Both the position numbers and the translations under genes were made by a program. A stretch of 64,000 nucleotides of DNA from Azolla caroliniana. Taxonomy: Eukaryota; Plantae; Polypodiophyta. The stretch spans positions 1 through 64,000 of the forward strand of contig JBHGNT010000079.1 in NCBI GenBank assembly GCA_043228905.1, written 5' to 3'. This document shows positions 52,770 to 64,000 of the stretch, piece by piece. The stretch's first letter is position 1. Each line of letters begins with the position of its first letter. Below the pieces are notes generated by a model. It did not search any database, had not been told where the DNA came from, and worked only from the letters and a program-made list of their open reading frames with translations.

Positions 52770-53200
52770 TCAATGGGTAGAGAGAGATCATGCAACTTGG
52801 TTGGCTACCATATCCCTCGATTGTATTGGCCCATTGACATCATAGATAGTTAGGTGTTATGATTTAGCGAAGTCAGAATTTTCAATACTTTAGTTGTATG
52901 ATAGTTGTCCTCAATCATTGCGTATAGGGAGAAGAGAGATCGCGCAACTTGGTCGCCCACCACATCCCTCAATTGTATTGGCTCGTTGACAACATAAATA
53001 GATAGGTGTTATGATTTGGTGGTGTCATAATTTGCGGTGCTTTATTTGTATGGTAGTCTACTATCCATGACCAATGCACATGGAGAGAGAGAGAGAGATT
53101 CTGCAACTTGGTTAGCCACCATATCCCTCAATTGTATTGGTTCATGGACATCCTAGATAGTTAGGTGTTATGATTTGGCAAACTCATAATTATTGGTGCT
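52770..53200. repeat. Diverged tandem triplication, ~155-160 bp unit
   Basis: GAGAGAT...GCAACTTGGT...CCA.ATCCCTC.ATTGTATTGG....T.GAC..C.TA.ATAG.TAGGTGTTATGATTT at ~52783, ~52934 and ~53093. Confidence 0.9.
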
Positions 53201-54188
53201 TTGCGCGCGCGCGCACATACACACACAGGGATTAAATTATTGTTTTCAGAGGTCAAATATGACTTATGAGACAAAAAATATAACATTTTCACGTAATACA
53301 TCTAAAAGTGAGTAGCAACTCTCGATGTTCAAAAACTTAACTACTAATGACTGTCATAATCGAGAATGCATACTATGATTGTGAGAGAACTTCGTGTAGG
53401 GATTGAGTTTGGTCGAAGATGTGTGGAAAACATAGTTGAATGCGATCAAAGGCAAGACGTTATATCAAAGTTAATACTCAGACTCCAAAACTTGTTTAGA
53501 GAAAAATGTGCATAATCCTTTACTCTTATCGCGTGGACCTTGTCAGTGTGAGTTAAGTTGCATGGAAGCATGGTTTCGATGCCAAACAAAGGGATGGGAT
53601 CTAACATGTATTAAGGTGTGCAATTCCCTGTGTGGTGGAGAATATGGTTTTTTGGTTAGGTGCAACACGTAGTAGAATGTGTGAAGCGAGAGCCTCCATA
53701 TTTTTCCCATGTCATGACACATTAGTGTAGCATAAAAAAGGCCATCTTCCAAACCATTTATCCATATCGATGCATCATGAAACAAGCATGTCGTCACATC
53801 CCACCTTCCAAACCAAAATTCCATATCTTGCATGCAACCATAACAACGTTGCTATTTTTTGCAGCTTTGGGTTCTGTTCTAGAAAATCCTAGGAATAACA
53901 AGAACAAGAGTAAGGTTGGTTTGTCGGTGGGTTAGCACGTAAATCTGTTTGTTTTCTGAAATAAGAAAATAAAAGGGAGAAGGAAAGAAAGGAAAGAGTC
54001 CGTCCGTCCAATAGAGACGGGAAGGGCGGGCAACCATCTAATAGTAATAAATGGAGGGAGTGGATAAGGCCAGTAATACGCCCTCACCTTTGGGCAGGCA
54101 GCCCCTTCCCCCCCCCCCCCACCAAACCCACACGTGGATAGCGTTCAAAAATATGCACGAGGACATTGCCAATAACATGCCTCGTGAT

Positions 54189-54189
<1 letters not shown>

Positions 54190-54232
<43 letters not shown>

Positions 54233-54250
54233 CTCTCTCTCTCTCTCTCT
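54190..54250. repeat. (CA)n(CT)n microsatellite in the BAHD promoter
   Basis: Direct reading. Confidence 0.95.
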
Positions 54251-54488
54251 AATGATGGAAATAAGAATAAGAAGAAGCTGCTGGAGTCACAGCAGGCAGC
54301 AGAAGACCTCCTTCAGCTCCTCAGCTCAGCTTTAGCTTCCCCCTAAATAATTCTCCACTCACTCACTCACTCACTCTCCACCTCCTCCACCTATCTAATC
54401 TAATCTAATCTAATCTAAGCCCATCTATCCATTACCGCCCCGGTCGGTCGGTCCACGCCCACACCCACGCCCGCAATCACACAACACC

Positions 54489-56802
54489 ATGGGCCTCGTT
54501 TCCGCGGTAGTAGCTCTCCCACTCCCGGCTCCCAGCGGTGCCTACTGCCACCAAACCAGCGCCAGCGCCACACATTACGATGATAATCATCATGATGACC
54601 AACCCCACCTCGACCATGATCCCGACGAAGCCCTCGGAGACCGGCTCATGGCCCTGCTGGCCGCCCCGCTCCCACCCGACCCGCCGCCTATCGATCACAA
54701 CCATCCACCCCCACCACCTGGCCTAAATGTGGTCCTCTCCCCACCACCACCATCACCACCTGTTCGTCCGCCTCCCCTTCTCCACCACCATAGCTCCTCC
54801 CCACAGGACCTCCCCATCACCACCACCACCACCACCACCACCACCGGCGGTGGGCCTGCGCCGCTGCAGGAGCCCGCCCACGTCTCCCTGGATCGAATCT
54901 CCTGCATTCTGCCTGCAACTCCAACTGACTTCTCACCCCTCAACGCCGTTCCTTCTTCCCCTGATGCCGGCCATCGCGCAGGCCACCAACAACACCACCA
55001 CCACATGTTCCTCTCCAGCTGCGACCTCGTCTGCCGCTCCTACCCTTATATCAACCGCATCTTCTTCTACGCCACTCCTCCCGCCTCCGCCTCCGCCTCC
55101 GCCGATGCGGCGGTGGCGGAATACAATGGCCACGTCGCATCCCTCAAGGACAGCTTGGCTCGAACCCTCGTCCATTTCTACCCGCTCGCCGGGCGCTTCA
55201 CCACCGACGCGGGTGGCCGCCTCAGCGTGGCCTGCAACGACGAAGGCGTGGAGTTCGTGGAAGCCTGTGTCCGCGACCTCCCTTTCAATCGTCTCAAAGA
55301 CGCAGGCTTCCAGTATTCCAACCTCTTCTGGAAGCTCGCCAGGCGGACAGAGCTGCTCCGCTCCGATTATCTGGACCAGCCCATCCTGTCTGTGCAGGTA
55401 GGTTGTGGTACCTACCCACCTTATCAAATCATGCTCACTTTGTGTATGTATGTGTGTGTGTGTCTATATATATATATACTATAGACGATAGATAGATGGC
55501 CAGATCCTGCATTTAGCCATGGATTTGATTAATGAATCGTGTTTCTGTCTTAAAAGTTGCCAATTTCCCTGTACCTGCCTGCGTGCATAATTCCAGATCA
55601 CCAGGTTCCCAGCGGATCACGGCGGATTCAGCGTGGGCGTCTCCATGAGCCACGCCGTAGCAGATGCCCAATCCTTCTACGACTTCATGAAATGCTGGGC
55701 CGACACATGTCGCTCTGTGGCCATGAGCGTGCCGCCATTACATGTCCGCCCCTCCCTCAGCGTCGACTCCCTGTCCAACTCCTTCGACGAAACCCTGAGC
55801 TACATGATGCGGCGGGTGAAGGACATCAGCCTAATGTCGAAGCGCTGCAGGCAGCCGCAGCAGCAGCTGGTGGCGGAGGAGAAGCGAGGGGGAGCGATGC
55901 AGGAGTACGGGGAGAAGTTTCTGTCGGTGATGGAGGGGCAGCGGGAGGAGGAGAAGCTGTTCTCCGCGTTGGAGGAGCAGCAGCAGAAGCGAGGGGAGAA
56001 AATGATGGAAGAGATGGTGAGCAGCAATACGCAGGGCCGATCGAGGGGCGGCAGCAGGCCCACGAACCAGTCGGCGGTTGCCGCCGCCACAGCCGCCAGG
56101 ACACAGGCACCCATCATGGAGAAGCAGAAAGAGCAGGAGGAGAAGAGAGAGGCCAGGAAGGATTTGGTGCAGAGGGTTTTCTCCTTCAATGAGGAGAAGC
56201 TGAAGAAGATCAAAGAGCTGGCGGGGGCTGGCGGCGGCCCGAAGGAGACTTACACCACATTCGAGTCCTTCTGCGCGCATTGGTGGCGGGCGCTCATCCG
56301 CGCACGCCGGCTTCCCGAAGAGCAGGCGGTCTGCCTCCTCATCCCGATCAACTGCCGACAGCGCTTCCTTAAATTGCCCAAGGGCTACTTCGGGAACGCG
56401 CTGGACGGGGCCCTCGTGAAGCAGTCCGCGGGCGCCTTGTGCCGCGCCCGTCTCCCCGAGATCGCCGCCCAAATCCACCGCGCCATTACGGCCGTCACCG
56501 AGGGCTCCTTCCGGGACTACATCCTCGAGGCGGAGCGCCGGCGGAACGCCATCCCACACTTCGACCGCACCGGCCTCTTCCACGTGGTCGACTCCCCCAA
56601 GTACCCCGTGTACGCGACCGATTTCGGGTGGGGGGCCCCCAGTGCCGTCCGCGCCGAGGGCTTCCGCTTCGGGGCCGAGGTGCAGATCCTGGCGGGTGCG
56701 TTGGGCGGGTACGACATGTTTTGTGCCCTCGATGCCGACTCAATGGCTGCTCTCATGGACGACTCATCTTTCGTATTGACGGACATGGACAGCTATCATT
56801 AA
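54489..56802 (+). CDS. BAHD acyl-CoA acyltransferase (2 exons, 704 aa) with N-terminal extension and internal insert
   Basis: Exon 1 54489-55397 (LKDSLARTLVHFYPLAGR, CNDEGVEFVEA, PILSVQ). Conserved 'Q' intron, GT-AG phase 0. Exon 2 55597-56802 (ITRFP..GGFSVGVSMSHAVAD = HxxxD, PKGYFGNA, VYATDFGWGAP). Confidence 0.95.
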
Positions 56803-58609
56803 AACTAGACAACTATCATTAAAACTAGAGATGGAGAAATGGGTGATAGGAGGGTTTTGGTTTGGGGGTTTTGGGGGGGGGGTAAGGGAGGGTTAAGGAA
56901 GTCATTGGGCAAGTGGCATGAGTTTATGTCTACTAATTCATGTTGTCTTTCAAGTTTCTTAAAAAAAATAAGTGAGGGGTGTATTTGTGTGTGTCTAGTG
57001 TGGGTCCTAAAGCTACTCCTCCTATGCAAGATTGATATGTAATATGTACTTTTAAAGAGATGTGGTACATAGATGACACCTCTTGTTGGATGCATCTTTT
57101 TTCTGAGCTCGCAAGAAATTATTATATAAGATGATGGTTCATATATGTACCTTTGAAGAAGATGTTTGAACACAATAGATAAAATAAATAAATAAAGGGG
57201 TATAGCATCTTATCCCATTTCAGATTGGGATGCTACTTTACTTGCTACCGCACGGTGCATATCTTCTTCGCAAAAGCCCCTGAGAGTCAGGTCCGTGGAT
57301 TTCGTATTCGTGGCTTTTATCGGCCTTACCAAGCGTTGTTGTCAATTGATTAATTATGGTGGCTTTTACGATGACTATAACAAATAAATAAATAAACAAG
57401 CATCAAATCATTCAATACATTGCATCATCTTTGATTAAGTCTCAAGTGTTCTGTCATAAGCGCCATTTATTCACAACATTCACTACATGAAATTTGGAGT
57501 ATATAGTAATGAATTCACAAGTGCAATATGTCATTAGATCTAAATGATGAGAATCATGAAAACACGATGCTAACGTCACGCCAATAATTCCATTTCACTC
57601 TTTGTATGTAATGCTAGAGGAAATCTCCTTCGCAATGGATTGTTTTATTGTGCCCTTGTTCTAGAAAATAGTGACATTACATAAGAAGAGATATTAGGGG
57701 TAAATATAGACGCTACATTCTATTTAATGTTCTCCATAAGTTTGGAAATTTTCCAAGGTATTTGATAGATACAAAATGAAAAAGGTTGCATGCTGTCTTG
57801 ATATGCAAAGGTTAAATAGAGTGTTGATCTCGCATTAAATAAAGCATCCCATGTGAGATCCTTTATCACTATAGAGAGCATGTACTCGATTGTAAGGATT
57901 GTCTACACTAGTTAAACACTTATCTTTAAACATCACATTGTGTGCCATGCTTTTATATATACTATTGTTATTAATTGAAGGGTAGCAAGAGAAAAAGGCT
58001 TCTAAACCTATGAAATTAAACATAAATTGGCACTACACAACAAAATTTGCAAACTATTGTACATGAGTTAACATCCTCCTGAAGTTTCAATTAGCATTAG
58101 TATCAATGAAGAGTACTAGATAAAACACCTCATTGAATTCCATAAATCATATTGAAAACTGCATGCATTCTTGAAATACGGTCTACTCAAATATTGTCAA
58201 GTCTCGGGTTTGTTATATTTATGGGTTGTGCTAACATTTCACTGGCCGATTGTGCATCTAAAACCCTCTAGAGATCATGAATGGTATGACACAATTGGCC
58301 ATCATAAATAGAATAGATGTCTATTGGATAGGTAGCTTTAGACCATGCTCATAATATATGTGCAATTTTGTCAACAAAGTATAAATATATATATATAACA
58401 AAAGATACACCCTGGTATTATAAAATCATAAGCAATACAAAAGTTGATGGGCGTTTCGGTGAGAAGAAGAACCCCACCAAAACAAAGCTAATGCTAACCA
58501 TAAATTCATCCATCCATTCATGAGAAAGGGACCTAAAAACATTTTTGATTCATGGATATTTGCAGTCTCCATGCCGATGAAAGATGGCTGAAATAATACT
58601 TTGGACATC

Positions 58610-58870
58610 GGAATCGTTGTAAACCTGTAGTTATCACTCCATTCCACAATATAACATTTCAGCTTGACAACTTTCCGAGCAGTTTTTGTGCTTTGAAAGG
58701 AGCACCACCTTTAACATACATGTTGATCAAAACCATTGCTACATATGAGCTTTTTCCAGCAACCCTTTTTCTCACAATATATGCATGTATTCTAGAACCC
58801 TCACAAAGATCCTTCCACCAAGCACAAGCTTTGAGAAATGACACAACATTGAAATGTTCTTTTGACATTC
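58610..58870 (-). pseudogene. PLS-class pentatricopeptide-repeat (PPR) gene fragment
   Basis: VVSFLKACAWWKDLCEGSRIHAYIV...SYVAMVLINMYVKGGAPFKAQKLLGKL*NVILWNGVI resembles L-S-P motifs. TGA lies where Arg (CGA) is expected, and there is no continuing ORF. Confidence 0.8.
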
Positions 58871-61620
58871 CCTTATTTTCTCTTAAATTTCCCATGTTTT
58901 AAGTTTTTGACCGATTCCCTTGTACTCTCATCATAGCCGATTTGTTGAGCATAGTCAACACTAGCAACAACTTTCCAACGCCATTCCTCATAGTCAATTT
59001 GATGTGTATATGCAAGAACAAGACATATTTGTACACCATATCTCCAAGATGTTTATCGTCTACTCCTCCCAAACTGCAATTGAGCATTCAATGTAACCTA
59101 TAGCACCCAAAATCTGTAACAACAGAATGTCCATAAACAAAGTTAGTAGACATTGTTTCCCAAAATCACGGGAACAGTATGCATCCAAATCATGTGATCT
59201 CCATCTTCCCTAAAAATGAGCATAGAGGTCCATATCCGTTTAAAATGCATTTGCTTCCTGAAAATGGCATCAGCATTGCCTATGAAACTTTCATACTGAC
59301 CACGTAATGTATGAACAAATAACAAAGTGTAAATATTTGCGTAGATTTAATGTAACTTTCGTTGGCATTCTATTATCCAATCAAAATTTCAAAATAATAT
59401 TACGTCGATCTATCCTTCACACAGTTGTAGCAAAATTCTGTAATTTCGTGTTCACTACCAATTGTGTGCACCAAGGGACATGACCAATTGTAAAAATTTA
59501 TAAAAAACCAGGCTTTCTACCTTTTTGACTTCAATGTTCACATGCTTTATATTTACATGTTGGAACGTGCATCTTAGTGTCTCCATGATTACAAGCCAAA
59601 GATGATAAATTCAACAAACTCATAAAAAAATTCAAATACTAAATGCATTGCCCCCGACTCAAGATTGGAAGCTTAATTTATGTGTATATATATCAATACA
59701 CGATAGCAAATGGATCTCTATTATACAACCTCTTGTAGAAAAAATTAAATTCATTAACGTGCAAGATTCTTTCAAATGTTGAAATATTTAAGACCACAAA
59801 AAATAGTAATTCTAGATTATTATTTTCAGAAGTTACAACTTCTCTTTCACTCTCTCGTCATGATTGCAAACTACTTTGCCACACTACTTAAAGTTGTGAT
59901 TATCATGGGCATTGGCAAGAAAGTAGGCAAATGGAAACCACACTAAGGGGAAGGATAATGATTTCTTTTTTCTGATGTATTGAATAATTTTCTAGCGATG
60001 TGGAACTACATGTCATTCACCTTTGCGATGTAGGGCTACGAGCATTATGAAAGTTGTGTTGACGTATCTAGCCACGTGTAAATATCGTAGTTATTCAACG
60101 TAAGAAAATACTATATTTCAATACTTCATTTTACCACTCCATATGTGCCACTTTCAATGCATGTGCTTTCCTAGGGTAAATCCTTCACCTTCATAACAAG
60201 AGCGCTCAACCATGCTTTAGCTCTCACCACCTTATCAAAAGTTGACCAATCTTTTTATTACGACACTTGGTTTTATACGCCCTGTTGGTACTCTAAGAAA
60301 CCTAGTGGTTCATGGAAAGTTCTATCAAGTAGGAATTTTATGCTTTGGCTTCTTGTGCTCCTCTAGCTTTTGATGGGCTCATCATTGTTGACTACATTCA
60401 AAGATGATGTATATGCAAAGTGTATCCCATATTAATGATAGGTATTAGCATCTTCAATTGTTTATGTTGAGAAATAATTCAATTATATTATGGGGTGTAT
60501 GGTTAAGTTAAAGTTACATATTGCAAATTACAATGTTGATCATAGCAATAGTAAGGTTGGTTGCCTTTATAGAGGGGGAGGGTTTTTTTTTTAGGAAACG
60601 GAAGGTTAAGATTGGGATTTGGATACAAAATGTCAAAATGTTAAAATAAGAAAGCTTAACATCATGTTATCTTCAGGGCAATTAGTTTATCCTTGGACAT
60701 TCTTCTAATCAAGTAAGAGAAGGTTGCGCATTAAGTTCCCTCTTATAGGCTTTTGATACAAATCCTCTTCTTCTACAAATGGACAAGTTTGTTCAAGTTG
60801 GCCTTCCTAGGGGTTAGAGATGTCCAGTAGTGAACATTTCTCTATATATACCTACAGGCTACATCAATGATATTTTCTTTGTCTTGTAATGATCTCCACA
60901 ATTTTGACATTTGTCTGAAGGCTTTACAATTATACACCACTACAATGGGGTTCAAAGTGAACTTCATAACATCTAAGTTTTGCCCCACAAGGTGTATGAT
61001 TGAAATTTGATACCAACAGAATTAATCAATCTAGATCAATTAATTAGGCTTTTCGGCTATCCCCTAGGATGAAACATTTGTGGGAAAGTTTAGGACATTT
61101 TGATCTAGCTAGTCCTAAGTCAACCAAAATAGAGATCTATGGGGCAAGACAAGATCCACTATTCTTGGCGACGTTAATTTAAGGGATGTCACTTAGCTCC
61201 TAAGCCTACAAGCAAACACTAAAGAACAAACAAAGCAAGATCTAAACTTAATATCCTAACATAGACAAATGAGCTTGAGCTCACTTAATCACTTAACATT
61301 AATGTTGAGAATCAAGCTCAACCTAGTCTACTGTGTGAACACACCTTTTGAGAATGTATGAACATTCAAAGGTCAAAAGTCACCAATACTCTCTGAACAT
61401 TAACTATATGTCATAGAATCATATTCTATGACACATAACTAACGAGTTTCCACATTCCCATGACCCATGAGCTTCTATAGCTCTAGAGAGAGAGAGTGGG
61501 TGTTAATGAAGAGAGCGGGTGATCCTATATAAAACACCCTTCTCCTACTTCATATAGTGTCGATTGTTGCTCCTTGTAATGCTACATTTTTGTATTTCAT
61601 ATTTTCCTTGTTAATATATA

Positions 61621-61697
61621 TCTTCTTCTTCTTCTTCTTCTTCTTCTTGAGTACTTCATTTTTCTCTCATCTATCTATGTTGTGTCTCTCTTCTCTT

Positions 61698-61773
<76 letters not shown>
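61621..61773. repeat. Compound (CTT)n/(CT)n/(CA)n microsatellite downstream of a TATA box
   Basis: Direct reading; CTATATAAAA at ~61525. Confidence 0.9.
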
Positions 61774-61775
<2 letters not shown>

Positions 61776-62331
61776 CACATCTCTTCCACTACACAGAATC
61801 ATATCCAATTCTTTACAATTAACTATTATGGAAAGTCATGAAAAAGTTATAATTGACAGAAACACTTATGGTGGAAGCTTAAGCTTTAGGCTTGATAATA
61901 GATAAGAAGATGATCTATTTAGAGCTATACAGTAGAAAGATATTACGATTTGGAGAGATAGATGCTCTAATTCGAGTTCTATATGAGTGTCCTTTTATAG
62001 CTTTTATAATGCCCTTTAACCTTTTCACATTGTGTTGCACACAAAAAAGGAAATATTGAGAAAAGTATAATTGAAGTACCGGTGGGTGTGATGTATGTGT
62101 GAACAACATAACCAAAAATAGAAGAAATGAAATTAAAATTATAATGAGAAAGATCATGGGGTATTTCACTAGTCTAACCAAGCACATCGGCTATAAAGAG
62201 AAGAAAGTAATGCTTAATGGAATATTAAGTGATTCATCTAAATAAAAGATGTAATTAATATCGATGATCTAAATGGAAAAATATAGCATATGTGCCTGGT
62301 TCATAATCTAAGATCTAGTGATGTTGAACAA

Positions 62332-64000
62332 GTCCTTGTTGCGAACCAAGTGTTGCTCGCTACCATGTGGCACTCAGTCTGCTGCTGGATTATGGATCCT
62401 GCAGGTCTGCACGCGATTAAGGCTGCCATCAGGGGGTTTATATGGTCAGGTAAGGACAACCCAAGGGTTGTTGCCAGAGTGTCATGGTGTTGGTTAACGC
62501 AACCGCGGGCCAAAGGGGGGCTTGGCCTCATAGACCCCTTAATGCAAAGTCGTTCATTGATGGCTAAAATGGTGGTTCGCTGCCTTCTGCCAGGTAAAGG
62601 GTGCTGGAAGGTACTTCTTCGCAACAGGCTGCAAGCAGGGACTCCATAGTATGGTAGGCCTTGGCCCGACTCCTTGAATTGGTGCTGCACGAGCGGAGTC
62701 CCACCCAAGCTAGCTTGCCATCCGGAGGATAGGGTCGCGAACTCCATCTTGCGGGCATGGTGCCATCTACGACAACATTTGGTCAAACACACCCCGGAGA
62801 CATTGACCGAATGGACTAGACAGCCACGATTCTGGAATCCTCATGTGCGAACAAGTGACGACACGATGCTAGGCCAACTTAAGGGCCTAGCATTGGGAAA
62901 GCTGGCACAAACAGGCCTCCTATCTATAAATGATTGGAGACGTATGGCTGTTTCAGGAAGAGCCCAAGAGGACCTTTTCCCTCCCCTCAAGGGAGCTACG
63001 AAAATGCGGAGACTGATAGCTGAGGCAGTTGACAGGGTTCCGATGGGGGAGGTGAGAGAACCTGCATGGTTCGGTCTCTTTGACGAGGTTGGAATGGTCA
63101 AGTTGCTAAAGGGTGTGAGTGGATTGGGGAGAGATACAGTTTTTGGGGACAGTCAGAGTAGGGGCTCTTGGCACCCAATCCGAGTGGTGGCACAGGTTGA
63201 CAACATCTGGAAGACAGACCCGGATGTTGCTAAGGTGGAACCCCATTGGAGGTTAAGGGTATATGGTTGTCACCCCCTTGTCGATCTGGATTGGGACCCA
63301 GGGGATTTCAGATGGAAACATGATGATAGACTCCATCACTTCTTCGATTACACCACTAAATTGGGTCAGACTTTGCAGCTGCAGCTGGGCAGCCCCCTTC
63401 GCAATGGCTGGCGAACATTGGGAATCCCCGATGAGGCGCTCATTACCTTTTGGAAAGGTCTCTAGCGCCTCCACATGCTTGAAAAGATCAAGCTCTTTTG
63501 GTGGCAGATCGGTCACAATGTGGTGCCCATTGGTGAATGGCTACGTAAACGCGGCGGCCCGTTAGGCTGCCCACTGTGCTCTCGACCTATTGAGACTTTG
63601 AGACATTGTCTGTGGGATTGCCCTCAAGCTCAAAAGATCTGGGATAGAGTGAGTCGCCTCCTTGCGGCATGTGAAGTTGAAGGAACAGCCTCGTGGAGCG
63701 TTGCGGCATGGATTGGTCACTCGGTCGAAGGGTGGACGGACACCGTCAATGCGGATAGTTGGTGCTATGTATGCACGAGAGGCAAAATCGTCAAGATCTG
63801 TTTCGAAAGAGGCTTGTAGCCCGCATCCCCTAGGTTTCCAGAAATCTGGATGCTGATTGCAGGTTTCACCTTGTGGTACATATGGAAAGCGCGTTGCCTC
63901 AAGGTTTTCCAAGGTACGGTACGGCCCCCGAAGGAAATGATCATGGACATATGGTTCGCGATTATCAGCTGCCTACGAGGGCAACTGGAAGAGATTTGCA
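62332..64000 (+). mobile_element. 5'-truncated LINE copy of the same family as 1..3003; continues beyond the window
   Basis: Colinear with 956-2624 at constant offset 61376, no net indel at the points checked. Similarity starts abruptly at GTCCTT (62332). One frame with stops at 62647, 63463 and 63817. zf-RVT CPLCSRPIETLRHCLWDC. Confidence 0.95.

Noticed and set aside
54538-56822. Long overlapping and antisense ORFs over the BAHD (e.g. 54727..55401, 55831..56583)
   Set aside because: Shadow frames of a GC-rich CDS with no motifs.
57195-57340. Small hairpin and GC-richer patch 3' of the BAHD as an snRNA or miRNA
   Set aside because: No match to snRNA 5' ends, USE promoter element or conserved miRNAs that I know; the stem is short.
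61940-62100. Faint resemblance to a Dof zinc finger (RC.NS...P.H...TK..ILRKV..VPVG)
   Set aside because: Cysteines are missing and multiple stops and frameshifts would be needed; too weak to call.
1-64000. LINE copies as direct repeats bounding one giant composite element or biosynthetic gene cluster
   Set aside because: The copies look like independent insertions from different subfamilies (one 5'-truncated), and the enclosed genes are functionally unrelated.

Overview
Eukaryotic land-plant nuclear DNA: AT-rich, GT-AG introns, many CT/CA/GA microsatellites. The PLS-PPR remnant, LINE type and microsatellite load suggest a seed-free plant such as a fern, but that is inference only. Seven protein-coding genes can be reconstructed by hand with consistent splice phases. 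(1) Intronless DREB A-4/TINY-like AP2/ERF. (2) UBP23-like ubiquitin protease (-), divergent from (3) a class-3/DAG-lipase-like gene (+). (4) A conserved Lys-rich 'VYxLPGQKxDPP' plant protein (-), divergent from (5) an intact 11-exon, 755-aa gene I cannot assign (+). (6) A small LYR-motif protein. (7) An atypical 704-aa BAHD acyltransferase with a long N-terminal extension and a charged internal insert. Mobile DNA: two related L1/Tx1-like LINE copies at the window ends, a third much older LINE 3' fragment, two hAT-like MITEs, one young Mutator-like foldback MITE, SINE/tRNA-like heads and many short tandem duplications. There is also a PPR pseudogene fragment. No rRNA gene, intact tRNA gene or CRISPR array was found. 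I see no clear-cut novel multi-gene system. The best leads are the enlarged BAHD, the unassigned 755-aa gene and the LINE family. All coordinates are read by eye.
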